DNA of 64,000 nt, from assembly GCA_040437565.1 (NCBI GenBank), contig JBDOQK010000014.1, forward strand, positions 248,001 to 312,000, given 5' to 3'. Source of the DNA: Albugo candida (Eukaryota). Shown piece after piece: positions 48,463-59,505 of the stretch. The position numbers were made by a program, and so were the translations under genes. The notes under the pieces were generated by a model. The model was not told the origin of the DNA. It ran no database searches and was given only the letters and a program-made list of their open reading frames with translations. Position 1 is the stretch's first letter. The number at the start of each line of letters is the position of its first letter.

Positions 48463-50201
48463 ATGGGAACATCAACGACAATGATGTCCTATAGTTACGT
48501 GCACCACGCTAACATTGTGATGGATGCAATCGGCCACAGCGCTGAATATGTGCACGCGATTGCTGCGATCATCGATGAGCTTATTGCCGCATACAACTCG
48601 CAAAATACTGTCAATATGACACGTTTGAAGAACGATATTGCCAAAAAGTACAAGCTGCCTTCTATGCCAAAGGTATGAGCCTACCTACTTCCTTCATTTC
48701 AAATATTCCTTTATCCTTTCGCAATTAGCTCGTCGATATCATCGCAGCGGTTCCAGAAGAATACAAAGCCAAATTCATCCCATTTTTGAAAGCTAAACCA
48801 GTGCGTACAGCATCAGGGATCGCTGTAGTGGCGGTGATGTGCAAACCGCATCGGTGTCCACATATCGCAATGACGGGCAATATTTGTGTATACTGTCCCG
48901 GAGGTCCTGATTCTGATTTCGAGTACTCGACACAATCATATACTGGTTATGAGCCAACAAGCATGCGCGCAATACGAGCGCGTTATCATCCATACGTGCA
49001 GACAAAACATCGTGTAGACCAATTGAAACGACTCGGCCATTCCGTCGATAAAGTCGAGTTTATCGTTATGGGAGGAACATTTCTATCGCTGGATAGATCG
49101 TATCGAGACTTCTTTATACGCAATCTTCATGATGCGCTTTCAGGTCATTCGTCTTCTTCTGTAGAAGAAGCTGTTCGGTATTCGGAATATAGTGATGTCA
49201 AGTGCACTGCGATCACCATTGAAACTCGTCCTGATTACTGCTTGAAATCTCATCTTAACGATATGCTCTCATATGGATGCACGCGAATCGAAATTGGAGT
49301 ACAAAGTGTGTACGAGGATGTGGCCCGCGACACCAATCGCGGGCACACTGTCGCTGCCGTATGTCATTCCTTTCAGCTTGCTAAAGATTGTGGCTACAAA
49401 ATTGTCGCTCATCTGATGCCAGATTTGCCAAACATGGGATTGGAACGCGACATTCTGGGCTTCAAGGAATTCTTCGAGAATCCAGCCTTTCGAACGGATG
49501 GATTGAAAATCTACCCAACACTTGTTATCCGAGGCACAGGTCTCTATGAGATCTGGAAGACAGGTAAGTATAAGAATTACTCACCCGATGAGCTGGTGGA
49601 ATTGATGGCAAAATTGCTCGCCCTCGTTCCTCCGTGGACCAGAGTATATCGTGTCCAGCGTGATATCCCAATGCCACTTGTCACTTCAGGCGTTGAAAAC
49701 GGTAATTTGAGAGAGCTGGCTCTTGCGCGTATGAAAGATTTGGGTCTTACATGCAACGATGTACGCACGCGAGAGGTCGGAATCAAAGGCATTCATGAGC
49801 AGCAAATTCCGGATCAAGTGGAGCTTGTGCGACGCGATTATGTCGCAAATGAAGGATGGGAGACCTTTCTAGCTTACGAAGACCCACAACAGAATATTCT
49901 GATTGGACTTTTGCGCTTACGTAAGGCCAGCTGTGCCTCATTCCGGAGCGAGATTCCTAAAGGATGCTCGATTGTGAGAGAATTGCACGTGTATGGATCT
50001 TCCATTCCGCTTCATTCTCGTGATCCTACAAAGTTTCAGCATCAAGGATTCGGCACGTTGCTTATGGAAGAAGCCGAGAGAATCAGTAGAGAAGAACATC
50101 ATTCTGATAAGATTGTGGTCATTTCGGGAGTCGGAACCCGCGGGTATTATCGTAAATTAGGATACAATCAGGATGGACCATACATGTCGAAATACCTCTA
50201 A
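48463..50201 (+). CDS. ELP3: Elongator complex protein 3 (radical SAM + acetyltransferase)
   Basis: [23 protein letters not shown]...[42 protein letters not shown]. Intron 48673-48728. Confidence 0.97.
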
Positions 50202-50390
50202 TACTCTTAAGCAAGATTGATTTAGATCTCGAAATATTTTAATAATTCTAAGGGCACCCTGACTGACGTCTATCAAAAAGATCATCAGATTAATTATTTT
50301 TGAGACATATCCTTTCGAAAACAATGCTTTTCAATCAAAATTCAAACTATTTCGATCGACTTTTCACTCGAAATTTATCTGTCAGCCGTT

Positions 50391-50404
50391 TGCTGACGTC
50401 AGCA
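50391..50404. promoter_or_regulatory. 14-bp perfect palindrome TGCTGACGTCAGCA with a CRE core upstream of the bZIP gene
   Basis: Read directly from the sequence. Further TGACGT sites at 50264, 50465 and (reverse) 50528. Function is inferred. Confidence 0.5.
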
Positions 50405-50593
50405 CACAAAGTAGAAGCTGAAAAGCGACTGCTAACGCTTTTTCAAATGGAGTGAAGAGACTTTTGACGTATAAGTTTTGAAAGATTTGTTGACGGTTCA
50501 GTTTGCGATCTTTTTTCCGAGTTCATCACGTCATTCCGTTGCGACTTGACTGTCATTTTTGAAAACACTATATCGCGTGGTTTTGGATTTAAA

Positions 50594-51556
50594 ATGGGAT
50601 TGGATTGTGAGCGAGTTGCCTTGTACTTGCCACCGCTGCGATCTCTAAAGGATCACTTGTCGTCTGCAATGCATACACCGCCGCTATCACCGACAGATCC
50701 TTCTGAAAAAATCGTATCTTCACCGCGCAAATACATTTCTTCTAAAACAAAGACAATGTATAGAGATGCAAATCAATTTTCTTCTTTCCATGCGCAACGT
50801 CACTCGCGTCCTATTCGAATTGATGACGTTGACGAATGCAAAAATGGATATATTGCATCGATCGATGAACAATCGTACTTGATGCAAAAGATGCAGAATA
50901 GCTTTCATTTTTCATACACAAAAAACCCAGTCGCCAGCGATGAAAAGCTTCGAATTAATAGAGAGCGAAATCGCTTGCATGCCCAGCGAACAAGGACACG
51001 GAAACGTGAGTTGTTGCAGCAGCTGAAGGAACGAATCCACGAGTTACAGTCGGAACATCGTTTCTTGTCACAAGCCTACGAGGTTCATGTCATTGCAGCT
51101 TGTCTTGTTAGGATCGCTACTTCAAGCCCATCTCGTCGAGAGCGCTGCGAGCGCACCATTCGAAAAGATTTGGACACGAGCGAGTTTGTACACGCAAACT
51201 ATATGGAAGACGATTCAAAACTGTTCGATTTGTCTCAAATCCTTTCCAAATTGGAAACTCGTGATGACTCAACCGATTACACGGAGCCAATGGACCTGAA
51301 AATTGACATGGAAACGGAAGACGATGTCAACTCAATTACAACACCAACAAATTTCATGTTCGAGTCGAATCTGCACACGAAGGAAGACAAAGAACAAGTC
51401 CGTCGAGAAAGAAATCGAATCCACGCACGTCGTGCACGATTGCGGAAGAAGCTCATGCTTGAAAAAAGTCAGCAAACTGTGGAGAAATTGACTGCTGCAA
51501 TTCATTTGGAAAAAAAGCAATTGCAAAATCTATTATCCGTCATTTCAAAATCTTAG
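50594..51556 (+). CDS. Transcription factor with two bZIP domains
   Basis: NRERNRLHAQRTRTRKRELLQQLKERIHELQSE and RRERNRIHARRARLRKKLMLEKSQQTVEKL, each with the N-x7-R basic motif and a short zipper. Confidence 0.85.
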   Translation: MGLDCERVALYLPPLRSLKDHLSSAMHTPPLSPTDPSEKIVSSPRKYISSKTKTMYRDANQFSSFHAQRHSRPIRIDDVDECKNGYIASIDEQSYLMQKMQNSFHFSYTKNPVASDEKLRINRERNRLHAQRTRTRKRELLQQLKERIHELQSEHRFLSQAYEVHVIAACLVRIATSSPSRRERCERTIRKDLDTSEFVHANYMEDDSKLFDLSQILSKLETRDDSTDYTEPMDLKIDMETEDDVNSITTPTNFMFESNLHTKEDKEQVRRERNRIHARRARLRKKLMLEKSQQTVEKLTAAIHLEKKQLQNLLSVISKS

Positions 51557-51724
51557 AGACTACAGCGTCGCGTCGTTGTAGTCCAAGGAATCAAACTTCG
51601 AAAATCGCCGAGACGATGTTTGTTGCATGGTGCGAGTGCACGTAGATTAAAACATTTTTGTCAGGTTATCTAACAGATATAACAATTTTGCGTATTTCGT
51701 CACCTTTTGATTGGCTTGGCATCA

Positions 51725-53358
51725 ATGGACCAAGTCTTCATTAGCGCTCGGTACGGTAACTTAGACGAGATAAAGTCGATCCTACAAGAGGCACAGAATA
51801 TAGCGGAGCTTGTCAACTACGTAGATGAATGTACTGGAAATACACCTCTCCACATGGGTTGAACTTTTCGTCCTATAGCGCTGCTGCCACCATTGCTAAC
51901 GTATACACCCTGATTTCACACATAGCCTGTGCCAACGGACATCTAGATTGTGTCCAGTTCCTACTACAACAACGAGCTTCTCACATTGCTAATTTGAGTG
52001 GCAACTATCCTCTACGTACGTTTTTAACATTTTTGGTCTCTGCTTCGATACTGACCGATGACACATGGATGTAGATTGGGCTGTTCAGAATAAACACCTC
52101 GCAATTGTCAAAGAGCTCTTACAGTTGGTTCCTGATCTGGATGTGCTTGCTCAAAATACGTTTGGCCGTGGATGTGTGACGGAAGCATTTCAGTGTGAAG
52201 ACGCGGAAATCTGTAATGCTTCCACTGTAATTTTGCACAGAGTATTGTGGGGTTCTGACCGAGGTCGCTGATTGTCCTGTAGTGAAAGCATTGCTAGAAC
52301 ACCCTTCGGCTTCAGAAGAGCGACTAGCGAAAGGATCGGCAATGGAGAAAGCGGTGCTTAATCTACAACCGCAAGAGGAAGGCGAGATAGTACAAGAAAC
52401 GATCTTGGAATTCGATTTTGCGGGATCAGATGCTTCAAAATTGTGCACATTGAAGGCTCGTGAACTCGCATTGGAATGGAATCGAGAAGCTTTCCAAACG
52501 GATGCATCAGATGATATCACAGGCGTTTCAATATGGTCCGCATCAGTGATCCTATCGCGTTGGATCGTCGAAAATAAAGCTCTTTTTCATAAAAAAACTG
52601 TATTAGAACTTGGCGCTGGATGTGGTGTGAGTGGCCTGGCTTGCTACTTGTATGCCGACCCGAAAGAAATCGTGCTTTCCGACTATTTTGACTCCACAGT
52701 ACGTAACCTGAGGTATAATGTGGACATGAATCGAAAATCACGAAGTAGAAGTCGTGAATCACCAGAAGCTGTTTGTAGCCAATGTGGCGTATCACAACGC
52801 TTGAGCCCTGAAAATCCTGATGGCCATCTGTCACTCTGTGCTGGATGCAAGACCGTAAGATATTGTTCTCGAGAGTGTCAGAAAAAAGCGTGGAAGCATC
52901 ACAAACATCAATGCCACCAAATAAAGCAAGGAGGAAGTATCGACTCATGTCACATTGATGTTGTCTCACTCGATTGGTCACAAAGCGACAGTTGGCCTCG
53001 ATGTGAAGTCAGCCATACCGTTGCTCAGTATGATATACTACTAGGTTCCGATCTCGTATACCACAGCGCACTAGTACCAGTGCTCGTGAATGCAATTGAC
53101 AAAATGCTGTTGTCGAACGGTCAATTCATCCATGTGGCATCCCAAGCTCGAAGTTCTCTGGATCAATTCACGGAACGAATGCGTTCTGCGGGCTTTGCAT
53201 GCACAGAGACCCTTGTTCAAGAAAGATACAAGCGAAATCCACTTGTATCTTCTAGCGCTGGTAATGATGTCTTGGAGCTATTCCATTTACACTTTAGCGA
53301 GATGCAGGATGATTATTGTTTGTACATTTTTCAACGTGAGCTGGAGATGAATGGCTAG
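51725..53358 (+). CDS. Ankyrin-repeat + METTL21/Methyltransf_16-type protein methyltransferase with inserted MYND zinc finger (4 exons)
   Basis: Exons give ISARYGNLD, NTPLHMACANGH, NYPLHWAVQNKH (ankyrin), then TGVSIWSASVIL, VLELGAGCG, LSDY, CxxC...CxxC...YCSRECQKKAWKHHKHQC, LDW, LLGSDLVY. The splice at 52213-52282 keeps the frame. Confidence 0.85.
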
Positions 53359-53422
53359 GTCGTCACTTCGCTCATCATGAATGTATATTTTAAAGATTCT
53401 TTTTTTGACGTTACACTCTAGG

Positions 53423-53740
53423 CTATTTTTCTACTCCAACTCGCTTCTCTTTCATTTCTACCCTCTTCTGATCGATATCTGCTGCTTTCTCACTTGGTCG
53501 ACCGATTTCAACGGTCCAGTTCGCTTCAACGGGGTTCAAATTGGCATACATCATTAGCTCTTTGATTCCTGCATTTGCCGAAGCAATTTTCTGCTCAATT
53601 GCAGCTGGTCTAGCGATGTTTCGACTTTCTCGGAATTCCAATCGTATATCCTCAACTATCGCATCTCGTTTGATGCTCGGATAGCGTCGAGCAAGTCTGA
53701 GAATACGACGATAAAGCCCGAAAATCTGTGCTCGTTCCAT
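53423..53740 (-). CDS. LYR-motif (Complex1_LYR) protein
   Basis: IFGLYRRILRLARRYP...IRLEFRESRN, about 105 aa. Confidence 0.8.
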   Translation of the reverse strand: MERAQIFGLYRRILRLARRYPSIKRDAIVEDIRLEFRESRNIARPAAIEQKIASANAGIKELMMYANLNPVEANWTVEIGRPSEKAADIDQKRVEMKEKRVGVEK

Positions 53741-54589
53741 TTTGGATTGAGTTTTGTCCAATCCGTAAGAAGATGATTATGTCAGTTCATTATCCCGAGC
53801 AATTTTATTGATTGATTGGAAGCCATACAAGTAAAGTTGTAGAGACCATTGCCAGAGATTTCAGTATCTGTTGTTACCAGGCGCAGTCTTTTAGAAAAGC
53901 AGTCCGCCCACTAATTTTAATGGATATAACGCTGACAATGAACTTGTAGATAGTACAGTGGAGATATCGCTCATCTGTGTTAGCATTTGCAACAAAAAGC
54001 CTGTTATCAAGGTCAGCATAATGCGTTATGTGCGACTTCGAGATTATTTCAAAATAGCTGTCACTCAATGCAGCACAATGTTTTATCTACGAATTGATAT
54101 TGATCATTATACGACGTTATTACCTTGGTGCTTTAGGTCGGATCAAGCTGGATACATATAGCTATTATGTCTATTCCGATCCCTTGCACTCATATGGATG
54201 GATGAGCTAGTCTTATCTGCTCTTTTAGCCTCATACTCATACTATCGAGTTGTAAGAGCAACTCAACACTTTATGTAAATATCGTTTTCCGGGAGTAGTC
54301 GGTAGGCAGCTCAGCTTGCATCAAAATGCATCCGAAAGACAATCGATGGCTCATCAGCAAGCAATGCTCTGACTGAACAACACTACATTATATTGATACA
54401 TTCTGGTACTAGAATAACTGGAATGTACCATCTTATCGCCCTAACGCTCTTATGTGCATGCATGATCTGGTCGTTGAGAGATGTCAATACATCGTCTACT
54501 TATAGCCTGATCTTAAACAGTCGACAATTTGCGAGTAGCTAAAGTTGTGATCTAGCGCTTGTAAAAATTCAATTCTAGATTTCAAAGTT

Positions 54590-56030
54590 TATTGAGGAGG
54601 ACATGATGTAATTTCGAGACGAACATCGCGAGGTAAAATCATCATTCTCGATAAATGATAAAAATCAACCTTTCAATCAAACGTCCTCTTCGCTCCCCTG
54701 CCAACAGGCTATGAGCTCAATGAAAATCAGATTCCACCAGACAAGAAAAAAGACACAATTCAATGGGGAAGATGAGTCGAAGATGGATCGAGAAACAAGC
54801 GTCTGGAAACACTCGGAAATAGACTGGACAAAATCGCTCCCGAGCGAAGCGTCGGCTCTCCCATACCAGGGCAATCCTCACGAGTCCAGAGCGTATTGTC
54901 TGGGCAGAACAACCAATGGCAGTGTTTGACAACATACGTAGATGCGAGACCGGTGCAGCATCAAGAAGTAGGATGGGGACAAGCTTTGTTCTGGCATGCA
55001 ACACAATGCGCTGGACAGGATAAACCGAGTTACCGCATGCTCAACAAGCGTCCGGCGGTATTTTGAGTGAAGAGTTTACATCCAAATGCAGCACAAAGTA
55101 TCCGTCAATGACCGCAGTGAATGACTCGGTGCTCCAGTTTTGAATAAGCAATAGACTGCATCGACGAAGTAATTCGACCTGGCATCACAAGAGCGCACGG
55201 AAAACGGTTCCTTACGACAAAAAAAATAGCTGGACGTTCGCGGAGTGGACGATGCGCTCCTGAAAAAGGAGATCAAGAAGGCAAATTTCGACATCAAACA
55301 AGCTCTGATGGCTCGTTTCATCACAATGGGTGAAAACACAAGAAGGCAAGTCGGACAATTGAATCATTTTTCCCAGCTTATGGAGTCAGATACCATCAGT
55401 AATGCACCATGAGTAGCAAAGAGATGAACACGAGACCGAATCGGTGCGATCAGGGAAGCGAAGCAGAAGAAGCAAACAAACTGCTGTAATTCTGGGAAAA
55501 ACAGAAATATTATGGGAGGTTGCCGGATCAAAGCTTTTATAGCGATGAAGACATCGTTCCAGGAATTCGAAGCATATTCACAAACTTAGAATATACGTAG
55601 CGAATATGAATTCAGATAGCGGATCCAGCAGGCATCTCGTCACGGATTTCAACTTGCTACATGATCGCAAAGAAAAAAAATAAATCCTGTATGCTTCTAA
55701 ATAGGTAGGAAATCGTCACGGAATGGACAGGATCGATGGGGATCATTGCAATAGCCAACAATTTGCCAAGGAGTGTTTTTCCGAATGATATGCAATATAG
55801 AGGAATAGACCATGTAACACTTTCTTATATGGAAAGCTGGAGGTGAAAAAATGCAATTTGGAGCATTAAGCAGATGGATTGAGAGTTGTCCAGCGCTCTT
55901 ATGACGGTGCGATCGTATCCCAGGTAATTATGATCAAAAAAGCTGTCGATACAGATAGAGTTGGATGAGAGCACGTATCCAGTGTTATCGATACACTAGT
56001 TTCAATTGAGTACGTGCACGAGTATAACAT
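54590..56030 (+). mobile_element. Truncated, heavily decayed Ty1/Copia relic (LTR end, PBS, gag-protease)
   Basis: TTCGCTCCCCTGCCAACA LTR end at 54706 followed by degenerate PBS GGCTATGAGCTCA. Visible nucleotide similarity to 59500-61000 and a protease remnant DSGSSRHL near 55615. Boundaries approximate. Confidence 0.75.
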
Positions 56031-56903
56031 GGGGAAACGAACGACCAACACAATACTATGATATCGAGAGGTCAGCAACTATTCCACCTATATTCTCCTG
56101 GCTTACTAAAATGTGTATACTACGTTTTCGATGATTCGGAACTTGCCAACTGTTTACTTGAGAAGGTGAGGCAAGTATTTGTGATGTTGAGGGCCCGCAT
56201 CAGCAAAGGGGATCATCCGCTACCTCCCGGCTCTAAAATATTGCAAGGTTACCATGGACTTGGAAAGTGTTCCTTATTTGGTCAGTCAGATACAATCCCT
56301 ATCTTGCTGTAACTAAGCTATTCATTGAGCGATGCAAAGAATTATAATCACGATAATGTGTACCTATGTATCTCGCCTGCATGTTCACGGCTCGCTTACA
56401 CTCGCACAGTACGTATTCGATACTTCGGAAGCGTGACCAATCTGTGTGTTTACTCAACAAAGCGTGCAACCTTACTGTAATGTTAGGGGATCGCATCGTA
56501 TGGACGTATTAGCTAGGTTTGATGAACCATTTCAGTTATTCGGATAGAATATGTGTTCTGTTTTATAAGTTTTTCACTGAGGAGAGGTTAATATCACGAT
56601 TACGGTAGCGTGCATCTATGTGTCTTATCTGCATATCTAAGGCTCGCTTCCGTGCTCGCAAAGTACGTAGTTGATACTCCGGACACGTTACTGGTTTTCT
56701 CTAGTTCCCAACGTACCGCAACGTACGCAACGTTCTTTTGTCATACATACTCCAAGAGATAATACCAGCCCTCCCAAAGGTGGATATGCGCTTCGGCAGA
56801 ACTCACAAAAAACTGTGGGGATAATCCAACTTGTGTGCTTCCATATTTTGAGTGGTAGTCTGATTCTTTATCACTATAATACAGCAATCCGTTGACATTC
56901 AAG

Positions 56904-58060
56904 ATGATACAGAATTTTTTCATAAAATCGTACGGTTTCGCCATGCTTGTATTCTTTTTAACATATGGCCATCACGTCGGCGGATACTACATGAGATTTA
57001 TCTGCGGTTGGAACGCCAAACTACGAGATAGCAAGTGCGGGCCAAAAGTTCAAGTGACAGAACTAAAATCCCATGGATATCTGGTGGCATTTTTTATGGC
57101 TGAAAGCGATGAACGTGAACCTACTTTTCAACGCTGCTGGCCCTAAACGAAAATACAAGTGGATACTCGTACCAACCCTAAAAATGGCATAAAGTATCAC
57201 ATAGACCTTCCACCTAGCAACTTTCACAAAGTTGACGTGTTGAAGTAGGACTCTCAACATAATCCAGGATTCAGAGAAGAACCGGAGCATAAGAGTCTAG
57301 ACCAAGAGCATGATGTCATACCAGATTGCTGGGAAGTATTTTTCCGGCTTCTGGAGAATTGGAAAATGGACCGGAAGATGTGGCGCTCGACGTATTGGAT
57401 GTCGCTCGATGCTGACGAATTCCTGAAATGGCCTCCAAAAGGGGTCTATTCATTTACATAGGATCAAGAAGGCTATGGGTAGATTACGTTCCAGTTACGT
57501 CGGCGATCCTTACTGAAATCCGCGATTTCAAGCTTGAGGAAGATCTTTTACTTCCTGAAATCAAATTGGGTGAGTCAATCTACCGTGATCAAAAGATTCG
57601 AATTTGTCTTGGTATTGCTGTAACCGGACTACCAGAAGAAGTATATGAAGAGGTCTTAGCAAAGATCAAGTGGAGAGGTTACGATATAACTGAAGGTGGT
57701 ACATACAAGCGATCTATGATAATAGATGATCAACAAATCGATCCTAATGAATTTGTACTTACAATTCCTGGTAATTCCTCAATCCTCACAATCATTCAGC
57801 CAGCTCAGAGATACATAGTGAATCTCTCCCGTAAAGAAGATAATCAAGGGCGAAGATGATCAAATGAAGAGAGTAGGCCTGATAGACAAGGAAGATCAAA
57901 AGAGGAAACAACGGCAGAGACGAGCAATCAAAGGCGAAGAAGATCAAATGAGGAGAGCACAGGAGAGAGGAGCAGTCAGAGGCGAAGACGATCAAATGAA
58001 GAGAGCTCGGAAAAGACGTGCAATCCAGTGGGGGAGGATGGATGTGTGATGGACTCCTAG
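56904..58060 (+). pseudogene. Disrupted gene for a candidate secreted protein with C-terminal Arg-rich repeats
   Basis: Hydrophobic N-terminus MIQNFFIKSYGFAMLVFFLTYG, in-frame stops and a frame change, a 143-aa open segment, and a TGA at 57857 where sister repeats have AGA/CGA. Reading through ends at TAG 58060. Confidence 0.45.
57838..58026 (+). repeat. Imperfect tandem repeat, ~48-bp period (core GGCGAAGANGATCAAATGARGAGAG), three copies
   Basis: Units visible at ~57840, 57924 and 57972, with a partial start at 58020. Confidence 0.75.
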
Positions 58061-59346
58061 TCGCATGACACCATCTTGCTTGTGAGAAAAACAAAGCAGA
58101 TCTTGAATTTGACGGGTACGATCTATATCGTTTGTATAACATTTTCAGTGCTTATTACCCATTCACAATGTGATACTTTTGTACCTAACCTTCAAAGTAG
58201 AATCGACCGCTAGAGCTCTCTTGTGCCACGGTCCTGAATCTCTTGCATCCCTCCTGTTCACAACATACTTATGAGTATAAGAAATAGAAGCTGATTGATT
58301 GACATACTTGCTGTACTCAAGACACGTACGATTCTCGCTTCTTTTACCACATTCGCGCTTTCTGCTGCGTTTTGCTGTTGCTACCCGGTTTGGTCCGTAG
58401 GTTTATCATGTTCCCGAGCTTTCGATAAACAAGAATAGATCGAATAGCAGTGTTTCTACTTCGATTAAGAGTCGTGCAGCCCTACTGCGTGCACTGGAAC
58501 TTCACACGTGTCGTTATGTGACCTTCGGCCCCATCCTCTACGAACATCAACTACTAATCATATAGAAATAATACCTTAGCCTTTGAAGTATTTGTGTGGG
58601 ATCAGTGGATGTCAAGTTGGGATGGAAATTGCTCCAGGTGTGAGATCAGAGAGCTCACAGTCGTCTTCATTGAGAGTGATTACTGGTGCAACCACGTTGT
58701 CGTACACGTTTTACGTGGCACGGCATGCTATATTGCCTTCGCGTAATTCTTCGAAGTTAGCCGGTTCGTCTTCATCGATGAATCCATAAGAACATCTCAT
58801 GCGTTGGTTTCACGAAATATCCATGCCAAATCGGGAAACTCAGTAGGTAGATTGCTGTACAAGTGTGCATGCATAAGAAAGCGTTTCAAGGGTTGGAGCG
58901 ACATTAAACCATGTCTGTTGTCCAAGAATTGTGCAAAAAAGACACAGAAAACCTTTTTTTTCCATCCCAGTATGGTGAAAAAATTTCCAAGAGGCAGACA
59001 TTGAAAATGAATATAGTCTCACGAGAAACAATATGCAACAATCACGTTGAAGAATCAAAAGCAAGTCAGAAGATACGGAGGATTAAATACAAAAACATCA
59101 GTCGGTTTTGTGGACTACTGCTAAGAATAATTGAATTTCTGTGAAATAAGACAGCTGGATATAAAGTTATTTTAGCAGATTTGAAGTCGAAGAATGAAGC
59201 AATTGAAGGAGACCAAGGCACGAATTAGGAAACAGCTTTCTATTTGACACAGGAACGGAACAATCACGCAGAAATATCGTGAAGTGGAGATCTATTACGC
59301 AAACAGAAAAATTGTTCTGCTTCCCGGGCGTTAGGATGGTGGTGAA

Positions 59347-59492
59347 TGCTGGAAGGACTCAAGAATGTGCTTTAGGTTTCTAGTCGCACTTGGTACTTAG
59401 TCTAAACGATTGGTTAGGATTTGATTTTCTGAAAATAAAACCTCAGTTTCGGCAATTTTTTCAACGCAACCGTCTTCGCTCACCTGCCAACA
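59347..59492 (+). repeat. 5' LTR (TG...CA), 146 bp
   Basis: Direct repeat of 63816-63967; shares TCTAGTCGCACTTGGTACTT, GTCTAAACGATTGGTTAGGATTT, AAAATAAAACCTCAGTTTC, TTCGCTCACCT-CCAACA. Confidence 0.92.
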
Positions 59493-59505
59493 GGTTATGA
59501 GCCCA
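59493..59505 (+). other. Primer-binding site GGTTATGAGCCCA (complementary to the tRNAiMet anticodon stem-loop)
   Basis: Immediately follows the LTR CA. Same type as the Drosophila copia/Ty5 half-tRNA PBS. Confidence 0.85.

Noticed and set aside
57838..58026. CRISPR-like repeat array
   Set aside because: Eukaryotic context, imperfect in-frame coding repeats, no unique spacers or cas genes.
58580..59340. Possible additional transposon remnant left of the Copia LTR
   Set aside because: A-rich coding-like texture but no diagnostic motif I can identify.
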